A program made the translations under genes and the position numbers. 64,000 bases of DNA from Thermoanaerobaculia bacterium (GTDB lineage Bacteria; Acidobacteriota; Thermoanaerobaculia; Multivoradales; Multivoraceae), in NCBI GenBank assembly GCA_965200575.1, contig OZ241363.1, positions 2,391,131 to 2,455,130 on the forward strand, given 5' to 3'. The stretch's first letter is position 1; each line of letters starts with the position of its first letter. The notes below the pieces were generated by a model that saw only the letters and a list, made by a program, of their open reading frames with translations, was not told the DNA's origin and did not search any database. Positions 17,055 to 27,748 of this stretch are shown piece by piece.

Positions 17055-18629
17055 ATGAACCGCACCCGAAACCACCGCATCGCGACCGCGATCATGGCGG
17101 CCGGGCTGCTCGCCCTGCCGGCGACCGGCCTGGCCCTGAACGTGGATCAGCCGACCTTCGTGGACGACATCGCGCCCATCCTCCACGAGAACTGCGCCTC
17201 CTGCCACCAGCCGGACGAGATCGCCCCCATGTCGCTGCTGAACTACCGCGAGGTCAGGCCGTGGGCGCGCTCCATCGCGCGGGCGGTCGAGAACCGCGAC
17301 ATGCCGCCGTGGGACGCCGACCCGGGCTACGGCCCCTGGGTGAACGACGCTTCGCTCAGCGACGACGAGGTCACCGCGATAACCCGCTGGGTGTCGGCGG
17401 GCGCGCCGCGAGGCGAAGGCGAAGAGCCGGCCTGGACGCCGCCGAAGAACGACTCCGAGTGGGCCTTCGGCGAACCGGACTGGGTGTACGAGTTCGACGC
17501 CTTCGACATTGCCGCCGACGGTCCGGACCAGTTCGCCATGCTGCCGGTCGCGCCCGGATTCGACGAGGACCGCTGGATTCGCGCGGTGGAAATCCAGCCG
17601 GGCGACCGCGAGGTTCTGCACCACTTCATTCTCTGGCGGGCGTCGGACAGCAGCCCCGACGTGCAGGACGCCTGGATCGACGCCTGGGCGGCTGGCGGTG
17701 TGGCCACCGAGATGCCCGAGGGGACGGCCCGCCTCCTGCCGAAGGGACGCGGACTGATCGGCGACTTCCACTACCACCCGACCGGAAACGCCACGACCGA
17801 CAGGACCCGCATCGGCATCTGGTTCGCCGAGCCCGAGGAGGTCGAGAAGGAGCTGATCAACCTCTGGGTGATGAACGCCCAGTTCAGGATTCCCGCCGGC
17901 GACCCGAACTACCAGGGGCGCGCAAGCCACGTCTTCTCGGAGGATGTCCACGTCCGTTCCCTGGGGCCGCACATGCACTACCGCGGCAAGGACATGAAGT
18001 ACACCGCCTACCTGCCCGACGGCGAGGAGCGGGACCTGCTCAGCGTCAGCCGCTACGACTTCAACTGGCAGACCTTCTACGAGTTCGAGGAGCCGGTCGC
18101 GCTCCCGGCCGGCACCAGGATCGAGGTCACCGCCCACTGGGACAACTCGGCGGAGAACCCGCACAACCCGGATCCGACCGTTGACGTCACCTGGGGTACC
18201 GACTCCACCGACGAGATGCTCATCGGCTTCGTGGACTACGTGGCGGCCGATGGCATCAGCCCGAAGCCGGCCAGCGCCGTGATCGCCAAGCTGCACGAGC
18301 TGGCGAAGAGCCATCCCGGCCAGGCGTGGCGCTTCGACATCACGCGCCAGGTCGGCGCCGGCCCGGAACCGACCGCGATGCTGCTGCCGCGCGACGGCAA
18401 CAAGGGCGGCTGGTTCGTCCAGTTCGGAACCCTCGCCATGCCGGCGCCCATCGTCGACATCGTCTGGGACGGCAACAAGGTGACCGCCACCGCGGAAACG
18501 CCCGGCAACACGATGGAGCTCTCGGGCGTCCTGCAGGAGGACGGCACCCTGCGGATGAACATGGGGCCGGGTGAGGTCGTCGGCACGCCGGCAGAAGCCG
18601 AGACCCCGGCCACCCTGCCGACCGGGTAG
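17055..18629 (+). CDS. Cytochrome c domain fused to a PHM/DBH-like copper type II monooxygenase fold, paralog A
   Basis: The N-terminus has a signal peptide and one CASCH heme motif. Downstream come EVLHHFILW (His-His), GDFHYHPTG, LGPHMHYRGKDM (H-x-H) and TDSTDEMLIGF (Met), which match the CuH/CuM ligand pattern of peptidylglycine alpha-hydroxylating monooxygenase. Confidence 0.5.
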   Translation: MNRTRNHRIATAIMAAGLLALPATGLALNVDQPTFVDDIAPILHENCASCHQPDEIAPMSLLNYREVRPWARSIARAVENRDMPPWDADPGYGPWVNDASLSDDEVTAITRWVSAGAPRGEGEEPAWTPPKNDSEWAFGEPDWVYEFDAFDIAADGPDQFAMLPVAPGFDEDRWIRAVEIQPGDREVLHHFILWRASDSSPDVQDAWIDAWAAGGVATEMPEGTARLLPKGRGLIGDFHYHPTGNATTDRTRIGIWFAEPEEVEKELINLWVMNAQFRIPAGDPNYQGRASHVFSEDVHVRSLGPHMHYRGKDMKYTAYLPDGEERDLLSVSRYDFNWQTFYEFEEPVALPAGTRIEVTAHWDNSAENPHNPDPTVDVTWGTDSTDEMLIGFVDYVAADGISPKPASAVIAKLHELAKSHPGQAWRFDITRQVGAGPEPTAMLLPRDGNKGGWFVQFGTLAMPAPIVDIVWDGNKVTATAETPGNTMELSGVLQEDGTLRMNMGPGEVVGTPAEAETPATLPTG

Positions 18630-18650
18630 AGCCGGGCCTGCAGGCTTTCG

Positions 18651-18688
18651 GTCCTGCCAGTGGTCCGTTCGGCCGCTGGGCAGGACCT
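18651..18688 (+). terminator. GC-rich hairpin downstream of the cytochrome c-monooxygenase gene
   Basis: A 9-bp stem GGTCCTGCC / GGCAGGACC encloses a loop of about 20 nt, 22 nt after the stop codon. There is no U-tract. Confidence 0.3.
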
Positions 18689-18837
18689 GTCTGGCTCCGC
18701 GGTCCAGGAGGCCTCGAGGCCACTGGCACGACCTGTCCGGCCCGCCTGCCGGGCCGTATCGCGCGAGCCTGTCCTCCTGCGCCCTGCAGACCCGAGATGA
18801 CTCGGGGCGTGCCGGAAGTGGCACAATCGTCTCCTCG

Positions 18838-19857
18838 ATGACGACGCCTTGCTTCCTGCTGCTGGCCTTGATCCCGATCGGTGTCGCTGCCTGCGGGCCC
18901 GGCGCTTCGGACACCGGCGCCACGGCCGAAGCTGGCGACCCCGGATCGGCAGAAGAAGCAGCGGCCCGGCCAGCGCCGGAGTTCACGGACCCGATCGTCT
19001 TTCAGCGCATGGAGTCCAACGACATCACGGGCCACTCGCCGCCGGAGACCTGGATCATGGACGGCGACGGAAGCGGACTGCGGCACCTGGGCAACCACTA
19101 CCGGCAACCCAACGTGTCTCACGACCAGCGCGCCCTCATCCATACCGACTTCGGCACCGCCTACAGCGACCCCTTCGGCGGCGACTTCCGAACCGAAGAC
19201 ACGGCCCGCATCTTCCGGGAAGAGATCACCACGGGAGAGCGGACCATCCTCCGGGAGGTGGAGGGCTGCTGGCTACGCGACGCCAGCCTGTCGCCGGTAA
19301 CCCGCGGCCTCACGTGGTTTCAGGAATGCCCTGACGACCCGGACGACAGGGCGAACCTCATGGTCGAACTCGGCAGCGGGCGCTTGCTGGACGCGTCGCT
19401 CACGACGGCCCACTCGATCCACAGCGCCGTCGGCACTCGGCGCGGCGCAGTGGTCGAGGCATGGGGCGAACGCAACGAACAGGACCACCGTCACCGGAGC
19501 GAAATAGGCCTCATCCGTTTCGACGGCTACGGGCAGGGCACGTACACCGCGCTCACGGATCGAGAGCACTCGCATGGCAACCCCGCCGTATCGCCGGACG
19601 GCAGGACTGTGGCCTGGGACACGAACCAGACCGGCGACAGCAACGACGTCTTCCTGATCGACCTCGACGGCTCGAACCAGCGGCGCCTGACGACCGCAGG
19701 CGCCCAGCACCCCTGGTTCTCCCGCGACGGACGCTGGATCGTCTTCTCCTCGTCGCGTTCAGGCAGCACCGAGATCTGGAAGATGGAGATCCAGACCGGC
19801 GAGACCGCCCAGCTGACCGACGACCCGGCCTGGGACAGCATCCGGCCCCGCTGGTAG
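18838..19857 (+). CDS. TolB-like / PD40 beta-propeller repeat lipoprotein
   Basis: A lipoprotein signal (LALIPIGVAAC) is followed by repeated PD40-like motifs (PAVSPDGRTVAW, PWFSRDGRWIVFSSSRSG). Confidence 0.6.
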   Translation: MTTPCFLLLALIPIGVAACGPGASDTGATAEAGDPGSAEEAAARPAPEFTDPIVFQRMESNDITGHSPPETWIMDGDGSGLRHLGNHYRQPNVSHDQRALIHTDFGTAYSDPFGGDFRTEDTARIFREEITTGERTILREVEGCWLRDASLSPVTRGLTWFQECPDDPDDRANLMVELGSGRLLDASLTTAHSIHSAVGTRRGAVVEAWGERNEQDHRHRSEIGLIRFDGYGQGTYTALTDREHSHGNPAVSPDGRTVAWDTNQTGDSNDVFLIDLDGSNQRRLTTAGAQHPWFSRDGRWIVFSSSRSGSTEIWKMEIQTGETAQLTDDPAWDSIRPRW

Positions 19858-20476
19858 GCCCGGCCGCGGCCGGCAAGAACCCGGCGGCTGCGACCCGCCC
19901 TCGCCGACCAGGCGCAGCTTGTACGGGTTCGTCACCGACAATCGGCCGAACGTGCCGAGCATCTCGAAGGGGTCGTCCACGTCGATCTTCTTCTTCCGAT
20001 CAGCGCCTTGACCTCCGGGCAGCCGGTCGGGGGGAGCCGCAGCTGAAAGAAGGGCCACAGGATCGGGCTGGGACAGTCACGGGCCTTGTCGGGAAACGCG
20101 GAGATGGCCCAAGCCCTCACGGTCGGGCCACGTAGCCGAAGACGAACTTGCCGTCTTCGGAGGTCAGCTCGCCGATCATCAGCCTCTCGTGCCTGAACAT
20201 CCACCGGGTCACATCAGTCCTTCTGCCCTCTGCCCGCTCCGGCGCGGCCAACGGCCGCCGTATTCCCAGGGACCGAAGCAGGTGCTACATGGCCCTCTGA
20301 CCTGGCTTCCTCATGGCATTGCCTCCTCGCCGAGGACAGGAATCCGGACCTCGGCGGGGCTCACGATCGGCAACATGCGACGCCGACCTCCTCCCGGCCT
20401 GGAGTGGTCGTGAAACGGTCCCCTGCGTCGCCGGGCCACAACCATGCCAGCCGCAACCGGCCGTTCGCTGGCGGCC

Positions 20477-21448
20477 CTACTCCGTGCGGGCCAGCAGCCA
20501 CCACTTCATGGTCGTGGCGACCAGCTGCGCTGCGTCCTCCTGGACGAAGTGGTTCGCGCCCGGGATGGTGACCAGGGTGTAGTCGGCATCCAGCCAGTCC
20601 CAGGTGTTGTTCAGGCCGTCGGAGTGGAGCGCCGTGTCCTCCAGGCCGTGGAACTGGAGCACGGGCATGCCGAGACGCGGCGCCTCCTGGCCGGGCGCCT
20701 GGCCGAGGCCAGCGCCGTCCTCGCTCGGATAGTTCCGCTTGTAGTAGGCCAACATGCCGTCGAAGTTCGAGCGCTCGAACGCCTCGACGTAGTGCTTCCT
20801 CACTTCCTGGTCCTGCACCCAGCCGGCCAGGGTTTGCGGCGTCATCGGCATGCCGAAGAAGATGTCCGGGTCCTTCGAGCTGCCCTCCTGGAACTTGCGG
20901 GCGTAGCCGCTGTTCTGCCGTTGCTCGGCGTTGTTCGCGAGTTCGCGGCCCAAGCCGTTCGGATGCGGCAGGTTCAGGATGATCAGCCGCTCCGTCATCT
21001 GCGGCACGTGGAAGGCGAACTGCCAGGCGACCGCGCCGCCCCAGTCGTGACCGACGATCGTCGCCTTGTCGCGGCCCAGGTGCCGGATGACCGCGGCCAC
21101 ATCGCCGACGAGGTAGCGCATGTCGTAGTTCTCTTCGCCTTCGGGTCCGTCGCTCAGGTTGTAGCCACGCTGGTCGATGGCCACGACCAGGAAGTCGCTG
21201 GCGAGCGCCTCCATCTGGTGCCGCCATGAGTACCAGAAGTCCGGGAAGCCGTGGATCATCACGACCAGCGGACCCTCGCCCAGCGAGGCGTAGTGGATCT
21301 TCACGCCGTTCGAGTCGGCGTGGCCGTGATCCACTCGGTCCATCAGGTCGCTGCCCATCGCCGTTCCTCCAGTCATCGCCAGGAGCAGAATGCAAACCGC
21401 CGCCGTCAGCGAGCGGCTCCGGGTCGTCGTGTCGTGCCCTCGCTTCAT
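20477..21448 (-). CDS. Alpha/beta hydrolase, epoxide-hydrolase-like
   Basis: The motif [13 protein letters not shown] is typical of epoxide hydrolases. The nucleophile elbow is GHDWGG. A signal peptide is present. Confidence 0.7.
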   Translation of the reverse strand: MKRGHDTTTRSRSLTAAVCILLLAMTGGTAMGSDLMDRVDHGHADSNGVKIHYASLGEGPLVVMIHGFPDFWYSWRHQMEALASDFLVVAIDQRGYNLSDGPEGEENYDMRYLVGDVAAVIRHLGRDKATIVGHDWGGAVAWQFAFHVPQMTERLIILNLPHPNGLGRELANNAEQRQNSGYARKFQEGSSKDPDIFFGMPMTPQTLAGWVQDQEVRKHYVEAFERSNFDGMLAYYKRNYPSEDGAGLGQAPGQEAPRLGMPVLQFHGLEDTALHSDGLNNTWDWLDADYTLVTIPGANHFVQEDAAQLVATTMKWWLLARTE

Positions 21449-21750
21449 GCTGCTTCTCCCATCGAGTCGTCCTTCTTGCCTGTCGGGCATTGTATGCGCG
21501 CAACCCCGGAGCTCTGACCCTGCACCGGCCATCAGCGAGGAAGGGTCGACGCCTTTTCGAACGCAGTCGCAGCCGGCCAGCAAGCGATCCTCCTGCTGGC
21601 GAAGCCTCGCTCGGGCTGCCGGGCGGAGTCCATGCCGCGGGGCCGACGCGAAAACGCGGGACCGACTCCAGACTCGACAGTCTCTGACCGTGCGTGGCCG
21701 CCGCGACCTGGCCCTGCCGGGCCGACTGGGCAGACGCTGCAACCCCGGCT

Positions 21751-24114
21751 CTACGGCTCCAGGCGGAACGTCCCTTCGCCCAGCGGGCGGTCCGGGTTCT
21801 CCCAGGAGGTCCGCCAGTACAGCTCGTGCACGACCCCGCTGCCGTCGCCGTCCACCAGGCCGACGTTGATCGCCGCGCGCTCGGGCGCTCCGCCGCCGGT
21901 GACCCAGCCCCACGGCAGAGTCGCGTGGGCCGTGTAACCCGTGCCAGCAGCGTCGATCTCGACGTGCGTCACCGGCGACGCGCCCGTCCAGGCCGGGTGC
22001 GGCGGGAACTCGAACTCGGAACCGACCGGCCCCGTGCCGATGTGCGGATCGTCGATCACGCGGGCCCGTTCCGGCCACGGGTCGACGAAGAGCAGAACGG
22101 CCTCCACGTCGTCGGGGTCGACGTCGGAGAAGTCCGCGTCCGGACCGGCATCGGCGCCCTCGACGTAGTCGTCCGTGACGTCGGCGCGGAAGTAGAGGTT
22201 GTCGTCGTCCCAGGCGAGGTACACGTCGACCGAGGAATCCTCCGGGCCCTGCCACGCGTCGTCGCCGGTCTCGCCCTCGATCTCGGCAGCCGAGTCGAAC
22301 GCGAGCGCCGTCACCCCCACTTCCTGCCACTGCTCGACCGTCGCCCTGCCGAGCGGGACCGCCGTTCGGGCGAGCATTCCCAGCTCGACCGGCGCAAGAA
22401 GCACCTGGCCGTCGGTTCGCGACAGGCCGCCCGGGGTCTCGAACGTCAGCCGAAAGTTCAGCCTGCCGCCGTCGGCGCCCACCTGCGCCGTGCCGTCGAG
22501 CAGCGTCGACAGGTCGACCGTCTCGCCTGACCCCAGCGAAACCGCGGCCGGGGTGTGCGCCGCGGACTCGCCGCCGGAATCGCCCTCGGAGTCACCCGAC
22601 GTCGCGCGCGGCCCCACGGTCACCTCGGCCTGCATCGGGAACCGGGTCGGATTGCGCACCGTGCCCCCTGCCTGTCCGGCGTCCTGGCCGCCACCGGCCC
22701 ACAGCGGTTCGACTTCCAGCGCGTTACCGGGCATCTCCACGATCCGGTCGAGCACCGGTGCGCCGTCCGCGGGCGCCTGCTCGGCCTCTCCGCCATCCGC
22801 GGACGATGCGACGCCATCTGGCGGCGCTGCCGGCGCTTCGGCCGCCTGGTCGCCCGCCGGGACGATGACCTCGTCCAGCAGCCTGCCGTCCTCGTCGATG
22901 GCGCTGAAGGCGGCGCCCTCGCTCGACAGGTCGGCAAGCCAGAAGTGCGGCTCGCTGGCCGACTTCTCGATGTACCACCGTTCCACCAGATCAACCGTCC
23001 GGGCGTCCTTGCCCATGCAGCCGTCACCCAGGTAAAGCACCCCCTCGCCCGGCTCGACCACCTCGCCCAGCCGCAACGAACGGCTGCGCTTGAGCACGTG
23101 GTCGTGGTTCTCCAGTCCCACCGTCAGGCCGTGACGGTAAAACGTCTCCTCCCAGGCATCGCGCAGCGGGGCAGAGTCCTCGTACGAACGGTGCGCCGGG
23201 TAGAGCGGCACGTGGTAGAGCGCGAGGCGGTTCGGCAGCTCGGCGTCGGCCGCCATCCGGTCTTCGAGCCACGCCGTCTGTTCCGCGGCGCCGACGATGT
23301 GGCCCGTGTCCAGAACGTAGACCGCGCCGACCGAGCCAAGCGGCAGACGGAAGTGCGTCGGGCCGCCCTGCTCCACCGACCCGTCGGCGCCCTGGTTCTG
23401 CGCGAAGAGTCCGAAGAAGAAGGGGGCCTTCCGCTCCGCCGGCGCCGACGGCGCGACGCCGCCGGCGCGGCCCACGTTCACCTCGTGGTTGCCGATGGAG
23501 ACGACCATCGGGATCATGTGCCCGTCGGGCGTCACCAGGCCTTCCCTGGTGTGGTCGAGCCAGGTCCGCCAGCGCGGCCAGTTCGAGGTCAGGCCGTTGG
23601 CATACGCGAGGTCGCCGCCCAGGAGCAGCATGTGGGGCGCCTGCCGCCCGGCCTCCTGCAGCAGCGCCAGCGACATGGGGGCGACGTCGATGTCGCCTCC
23701 CGCCACCACACGCAACGGGCCGTCCCTCGGCACGGTTCGGAAGCGGCGCGTGCCGCCGAGCGTCACGCCCCCAGCCTCGAGCGTGAACTCGTGGCTGCTT
23801 CCGGGCGCGAGACCGTCGAGCTCGAACCGGAACACGCGGACGCCGGGCACACCCTCGATGTCCACGGGAACACCCTCGACCGCCCATGGCTCGTCGTCGC
23901 TGCCGTCAGGCCGCCACGCCACCGCGGCCGTCTCCGGCAGGCCGTCCGCGCCGCCGTCCGCCTCCACGACCAGGTTGACGGTCATGGTCGTGGAGGTGTC
24001 GCCCTGCCAGGTCAGGTGGACCGAGTGCCAGAGCGGCGCATCCGGGGCCGCTGCGCAGCCGCCGCCAAGGAGGGCCGCCGCGACCAGAAGGGCTGCCGCC
24101 GATGAACTCTTCAC
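21751..24114 (-). CDS. Purple-acid-phosphatase-like metallophosphoesterase with extra C-terminal domains
   Basis: The calcineurin-like core has [17 protein letters not shown] and VLDTGH motifs. The N-terminus looks like a lipoprotein or signal peptide ([12 protein letters not shown]). About 350 aa of Asp/Gly-rich C-terminal region follow. Confidence 0.7.
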   Translation of the reverse strand: MKSSSAAALLVAAALLGGGCAAAPDAPLWHSVHLTWQGDTSTTMTVNLVVEADGGADGLPETAAVAWRPDGSDDEPWAVEGVPVDIEGVPGVRVFRFELDGLAPGSSHEFTLEAGGVTLGGTRRFRTVPRDGPLRVVAGGDIDVAPMSLALLQEAGRQAPHMLLLGGDLAYANGLTSNWPRWRTWLDHTREGLVTPDGHMIPMVVSIGNHEVNVGRAGGVAPSAPAERKAPFFFGLFAQNQGADGSVEQGGPTHFRLPLGSVGAVYVLDTGHIVGAAEQTAWLEDRMAADAELPNRLALYHVPLYPAHRSYEDSAPLRDAWEETFYRHGLTVGLENHDHVLKRSRSLRLGEVVEPGEGVLYLGDGCMGKDARTVDLVERWYIEKSASEPHFWLADLSSEGAAFSAIDEDGRLLDEVIVPAGDQAAEAPAAPPDGVASSADGGEAEQAPADGAPVLDRIVEMPGNALEVEPLWAGGGQDAGQAGGTVRNPTRFPMQAEVTVGPRATSGDSEGDSGGESAAHTPAAVSLGSGETVDLSTLLDGTAQVGADGGRLNFRLTFETPGGLSRTDGQVLLAPVELGMLARTAVPLGRATVEQWQEVGVTALAFDSAAEIEGETGDDAWQGPEDSSVDVYLAWDDDNLYFRADVTDDYVEGADAGPDADFSDVDPDDVEAVLLFVDPWPERARVIDDPHIGTGPVGSEFEFPPHPAWTGASPVTHVEIDAAGTGYTAHATLPWGWVTGGGAPERAAINVGLVDGDGSGVVHELYWRTSWENPDRPLGEGTFRLEP

Positions 24115-24274
24115 TGCCGTCTCCTCCCGTCTCGCCCCCGCGGCGCAGGCCGCATCGCCGGCGCCGCAGGGTGCGTGGCCGGCATCGCTCCAGGCGCAGG
24201 CTCCCACCTCGCCGGAAGGCCGTCGGCCAACCGCCGTCCGGCACCTCCGACACCCCGGCCAGCGCCACCGCCGG

Positions 24275-26953
24275 TCAGAAATCGTAGCGAAGGCTGAGCG
24301 TGGACCACCAGCCGTACTGCTCGATCTGAATCGGCCGCCGGGGCGTGCCCTCGAACACCCGGTACGGCTCGTCCGTCAGGTTGATCAAGTCGAGCGCGAT
24401 GGACCAGCCGGCGGGGAGGCCGAAGCGGGCCGAGAAGTCGATCTGTTCGTGGTCGTCCACGTAGACGTCCAGCGCCGGCCGATCGCCGACCTCGGCCAGG
24501 AACCTCCCCGCCAGGTTGTACGACAGACGCCCGGAGAAGAAGCCCTTCTCGTAGGACACGGCCAGGTTCGCCACCTCGTCGGACTGGCCCTGCAGTGGCG
24601 CCGACTCCCGGTCCGGGTAGTTCGCCTCGGAATCGGTCAGGGTCAGGTTGAAGTAGAGCCCAAGCCCGTCGAACGGCGCCGGCAGGGCGCGGAACCGGTT
24701 CTGGAAGGCGAACTCGAGCCCGGTCACCGAAGCGCTGTCGCCGTTCTGCGGTTGCGTGACCTGGAAGAGCTCGGCGCCGCGCAGCTCGTCGAAGGTGTAG
24801 GTGAAGATGTTGTCGGCAAGCTCCTTGTGGAAGACGCCCGCGGAGACGATGCCGACGCTCTCCAGGTAGCGCTCGTACAGGAGGTCGAAGTTGGTGGCCC
24901 GTGTGACCTCCAGGTTCGGGTTGCCCCGCTCGATCTCGCTGTCCTCGGCGATCAGGAACTGATAGGGCGCGAGGTCGGCGAAGCGCGGTCGCGCCAGCGT
25001 GCGGGAGACGGCGGCGCGCAAATTGGACTGATCGTCGAGCGCATGGCGCACCTGAACGCTGGGTAGCGCCTCGCCGTAGCTCTCGGACCCGGCCATCGGA
25101 TCGAGACCGGCAAACTCGCCGTCCTCGTCGAACCGCAGCTCGAAGGCGTTGAAGCGGTTGGAGGTCGCCTCGCCACGAACGCCGCCCACGAGGCTCAGCT
25201 TCGAGCCGAACTGGTACTCGACCATGCCGTAGACGGCGATCGTGTCCTCGCTCGTGTCGTAGTCGGCCAGGTCCTCTTCGTGGTCGCGCTCGCCTTCGAG
25301 CCCCATGCCGCCGATGATGTCCGGCGTGGACCGGCTCGGGAACTGACCGATGCTGCCGTACCTGTTGCCGAAGAAGGACGACGGGTTCACAAAGCCGTCC
25401 AGGTTCGAGGTCAGGAACACGTTGTCGGCCTCGTAGGCGTGCACCTCGTTGTTCCGGTCCTTGCTCTTGTACCTCGCCTTGGCCCCGAACTTCAGCAGGC
25501 CGCCGCTGTCCATGCCGCCCACCGGCAGCGAGAGATCGAGGCGCAGGCCGATCTCCTCGTCCTCGGTCAGGTTGTCCTCCCGGACGATCTCGTCGAGGAC
25601 GCTCTGCGCGATGTCCTGGTTGAGCGGGTTGGCCCGGATGTTGCCCGGATCGATGGAAGTCGGGCTGACGTTCGGAGCAAACGCGACGTCCTCCTGCACG
25701 AACGTCGTGTCGTACCGTTCGGGCTCATCCTCGAGCGCCGTGCTCAAGCTGGCCCGGTACTCGAACAGCCTTCCGGCCCCGGTGAACCAGGATCCACGCA
25801 GCGACATGGAGCCGATCTTCTGGACCTCGTAGCGGTCCTTCAGCTCCCACTCGATGGCGTCGTCACCGGGGCGGAAGCGCAGCCGTCGCCGGTACTCCTG
25901 GTCGCCGAAGTCGTTCCAGACGGCGCCGAATCGCAGGTCCGTGCTGTCGGAGGGCCGATGATCCAGCGACGCGCTCAGGCCCATGCGCTCGCGGTTGATC
26001 GTGTAGTCGCGCAGCTGCAGGTCGTCGAGCGCGCCGTCGTCGTACTCGACCTCGATGCTGTCCGACCCCCGGTCCGTGTCGAACAGGCTGCCGCTGACCA
26101 CCATCCCCGTTCTGCTCTCGTTCCAGCGCTGTCCGACGGCGAAGCTGCCCAGGGTCGTCGTGTCGTCCATCAGGTCGTTGTAGCCGCCGCCCGCGGCGAT
26201 GGAGCTTCGGCCTCCCTCCGGCGCCACCTTGGTCACCAGGTTCACGACTCCGCCGATGGCGTCGGCGTCCATGTCGGGGGTGACCGTCTTCGAGACCTCG
26301 ATGGACTCCAGAAGGTCGGCCGGAATCACGTCCAGAGCGACGCTTCTGCCGTCGCCCTCCGGCGAGGGCAGGCGTTCGCCGTCGATCATCGCGGAGCTCA
26401 TGCCCGGCTCCGTGCCGCGCAGGCTGACATAGCGACCCTCGCCCTGGTCGCGCTGCAGGCTGACGCCGGGCACACGGTGGGTGGCCTCGGCGGCGTTCGG
26501 GTCGGGGAAGCGGCCGATCTGATCGGCCGAGACGACGTTGATGATGGAGAGGGCGTTCCGCTGCTGGTTCAGCGCCCGGGCCTGGCCCTCGAGCTGAGGG
26601 CTGGCGGTCACCGTCAGGTCCTCGGCGAAGACGACGCTCTGCAGCCGAAGGTCGACGCGCGAGGTGGCGGACGCCTCGACCGCCACGTCGAGCCGCTCCG
26701 TGTCGAACGACAGGTAGTTCACCTCCACCACCTGCGGCCCGGCGGGAACCGCCACCAGCCGGTACGACCCGTCGGCCTCGCTGCGGGCGGAGACGACGCT
26801 TCCGTCTACCCGGATTGCCGCACCGGGCAGGGCGTTGCCGTTCGCGTCGACGACCCGGCCGGTCAGGTTGCCGACCTGGGCGCCAGCGGCGCCGGCCAGG
26901 GCCGGAAGCGTCGCCGCCAGAAGAAACTCCTTGAGCCTTGTGTTTCGAAGCAC
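24275..26953 (-). CDS. TonB-dependent receptor with N-terminal CarboxypepD_reg domain
   Basis: About 892 aa. A signal peptide is followed by a CarboxypepD_reg-like segment (RVVDANGNALPGAAIRVDG), a plug domain and a barrel ending in the aromatic residue ...LRYDF. GTG start follows a GAGGAG ribosome-binding site. Confidence 0.8.
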   Translation of the reverse strand: MLRNTRLKEFLLAATLPALAGAAGAQVGNLTGRVVDANGNALPGAAIRVDGSVVSARSEADGSYRLVAVPAGPQVVEVNYLSFDTERLDVAVEASATSRVDLRLQSVVFAEDLTVTASPQLEGQARALNQQRNALSIINVVSADQIGRFPDPNAAEATHRVPGVSLQRDQGEGRYVSLRGTEPGMSSAMIDGERLPSPEGDGRSVALDVIPADLLESIEVSKTVTPDMDADAIGGVVNLVTKVAPEGGRSSIAAGGGYNDLMDDTTTLGSFAVGQRWNESRTGMVVSGSLFDTDRGSDSIEVEYDDGALDDLQLRDYTINRERMGLSASLDHRPSDSTDLRFGAVWNDFGDQEYRRRLRFRPGDDAIEWELKDRYEVQKIGSMSLRGSWFTGAGRLFEYRASLSTALEDEPERYDTTFVQEDVAFAPNVSPTSIDPGNIRANPLNQDIAQSVLDEIVREDNLTEDEEIGLRLDLSLPVGGMDSGGLLKFGAKARYKSKDRNNEVHAYEADNVFLTSNLDGFVNPSSFFGNRYGSIGQFPSRSTPDIIGGMGLEGERDHEEDLADYDTSEDTIAVYGMVEYQFGSKLSLVGGVRGEATSNRFNAFELRFDEDGEFAGLDPMAGSESYGEALPSVQVRHALDDQSNLRAAVSRTLARPRFADLAPYQFLIAEDSEIERGNPNLEVTRATNFDLLYERYLESVGIVSAGVFHKELADNIFTYTFDELRGAELFQVTQPQNGDSASVTGLEFAFQNRFRALPAPFDGLGLYFNLTLTDSEANYPDRESAPLQGQSDEVANLAVSYEKGFFSGRLSYNLAGRFLAEVGDRPALDVYVDDHEQIDFSARFGLPAGWSIALDLINLTDEPYRVFEGTPRRPIQIEQYGWWSTLSLRYDF

Positions 26954-27160
26954 TGCGTTCTCCTCCTCAGTAATCAGGACATGCATGGGCACCAACAGCA
27001 AGGGACCCTTGCGCCTCTTTGTGAAGGGAACAGCTCTTCTTTGGTGAAAATAGCCGAAAGAACCCGCAACCGGCACGGGCAGGACGCGGCGCCCGCGTCC
27101 CCTCAGCTCCCCCTCCCCCTCACGACCTGACGGCGGCCTGCGGCGCTACCATGCCGCGGC

Positions 27161-27688
27161 ATGCGCGAGGTGGCGGGAAGGCGACGGGTCGAGGACATCG
27201 ACTGGGCGTTGTGGCGCGCCGTGGACCGGGCCACCCTGACCTTCATCCGCGAAGGAGACCGCGTGCTGCTCATCCGCAAGAAGCGGGGTCTCGGCGCCGG
27301 CAAGGTCAACGGACCCGGCGGGCGGCTCGAACCCGGCGAGGCAACGCTCGCCTGCGCCGTGCGCGAGGTTGAGGAGGAGCTGGGCGTCACGCCGCTCGAC
27401 CTCGAGTTCCGCGGCGAGCACCTGTTCCAGTTCGTGGACGGCTACTCCATTCACGTCCACGTGTTCGTGGCCTCGGGCCACGAGGGCACAGCCAAGGAGA
27501 CCGATGAGGCGGCCCCGCTGTGGACCGCCGTCGACGAGATCCCCTGGGGCGAGATGTGGGAGGACGACCAGCTCTGGCTGCCCCACGTCCTCGCCGGGCG
27601 CACCGTCCACGGCCGCTACGTCTTCGACGACGACCGCATGCTCAGCTGGGATCTCGAGGTCAACGGCAAGCGCCTGGCCGCCGGCTGA
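27161..27688 (+). CDS. NUDIX hydrolase (MutT-like)
   Basis: The Nudix box GPGGRLEPGEATLACAVREVEEELG is present. Confidence 0.8.
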   Translation: MREVAGRRRVEDIDWALWRAVDRATLTFIREGDRVLLIRKKRGLGAGKVNGPGGRLEPGEATLACAVREVEEELGVTPLDLEFRGEHLFQFVDGYSIHVHVFVASGHEGTAKETDEAAPLWTAVDEIPWGEMWEDDQLWLPHVLAGRTVHGRYVFDDDRMLSWDLEVNGKRLAAG

Positions 27689-27748
27689 CCGGTGGCCCTC
27701 AACGGCTCCGCCGGCAACCGCCAGCCTCGCCGGCCGCCGAGGGCGACG

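Noticed and set aside
15819-18986. 1055-aa ORF antisense to the diheme cytochrome and the cytochrome-monooxygenase gene
   Set aside because: This is the same artefact class. The translated sequence is dominated by R, G, A and P.
20361-21503. 380-aa ORF in an alternative frame over the epoxide hydrolase gene
   Set aside because: It lies out of frame with a gene that carries a textbook [13 protein letters not shown] motif. Its translation is low-complexity.
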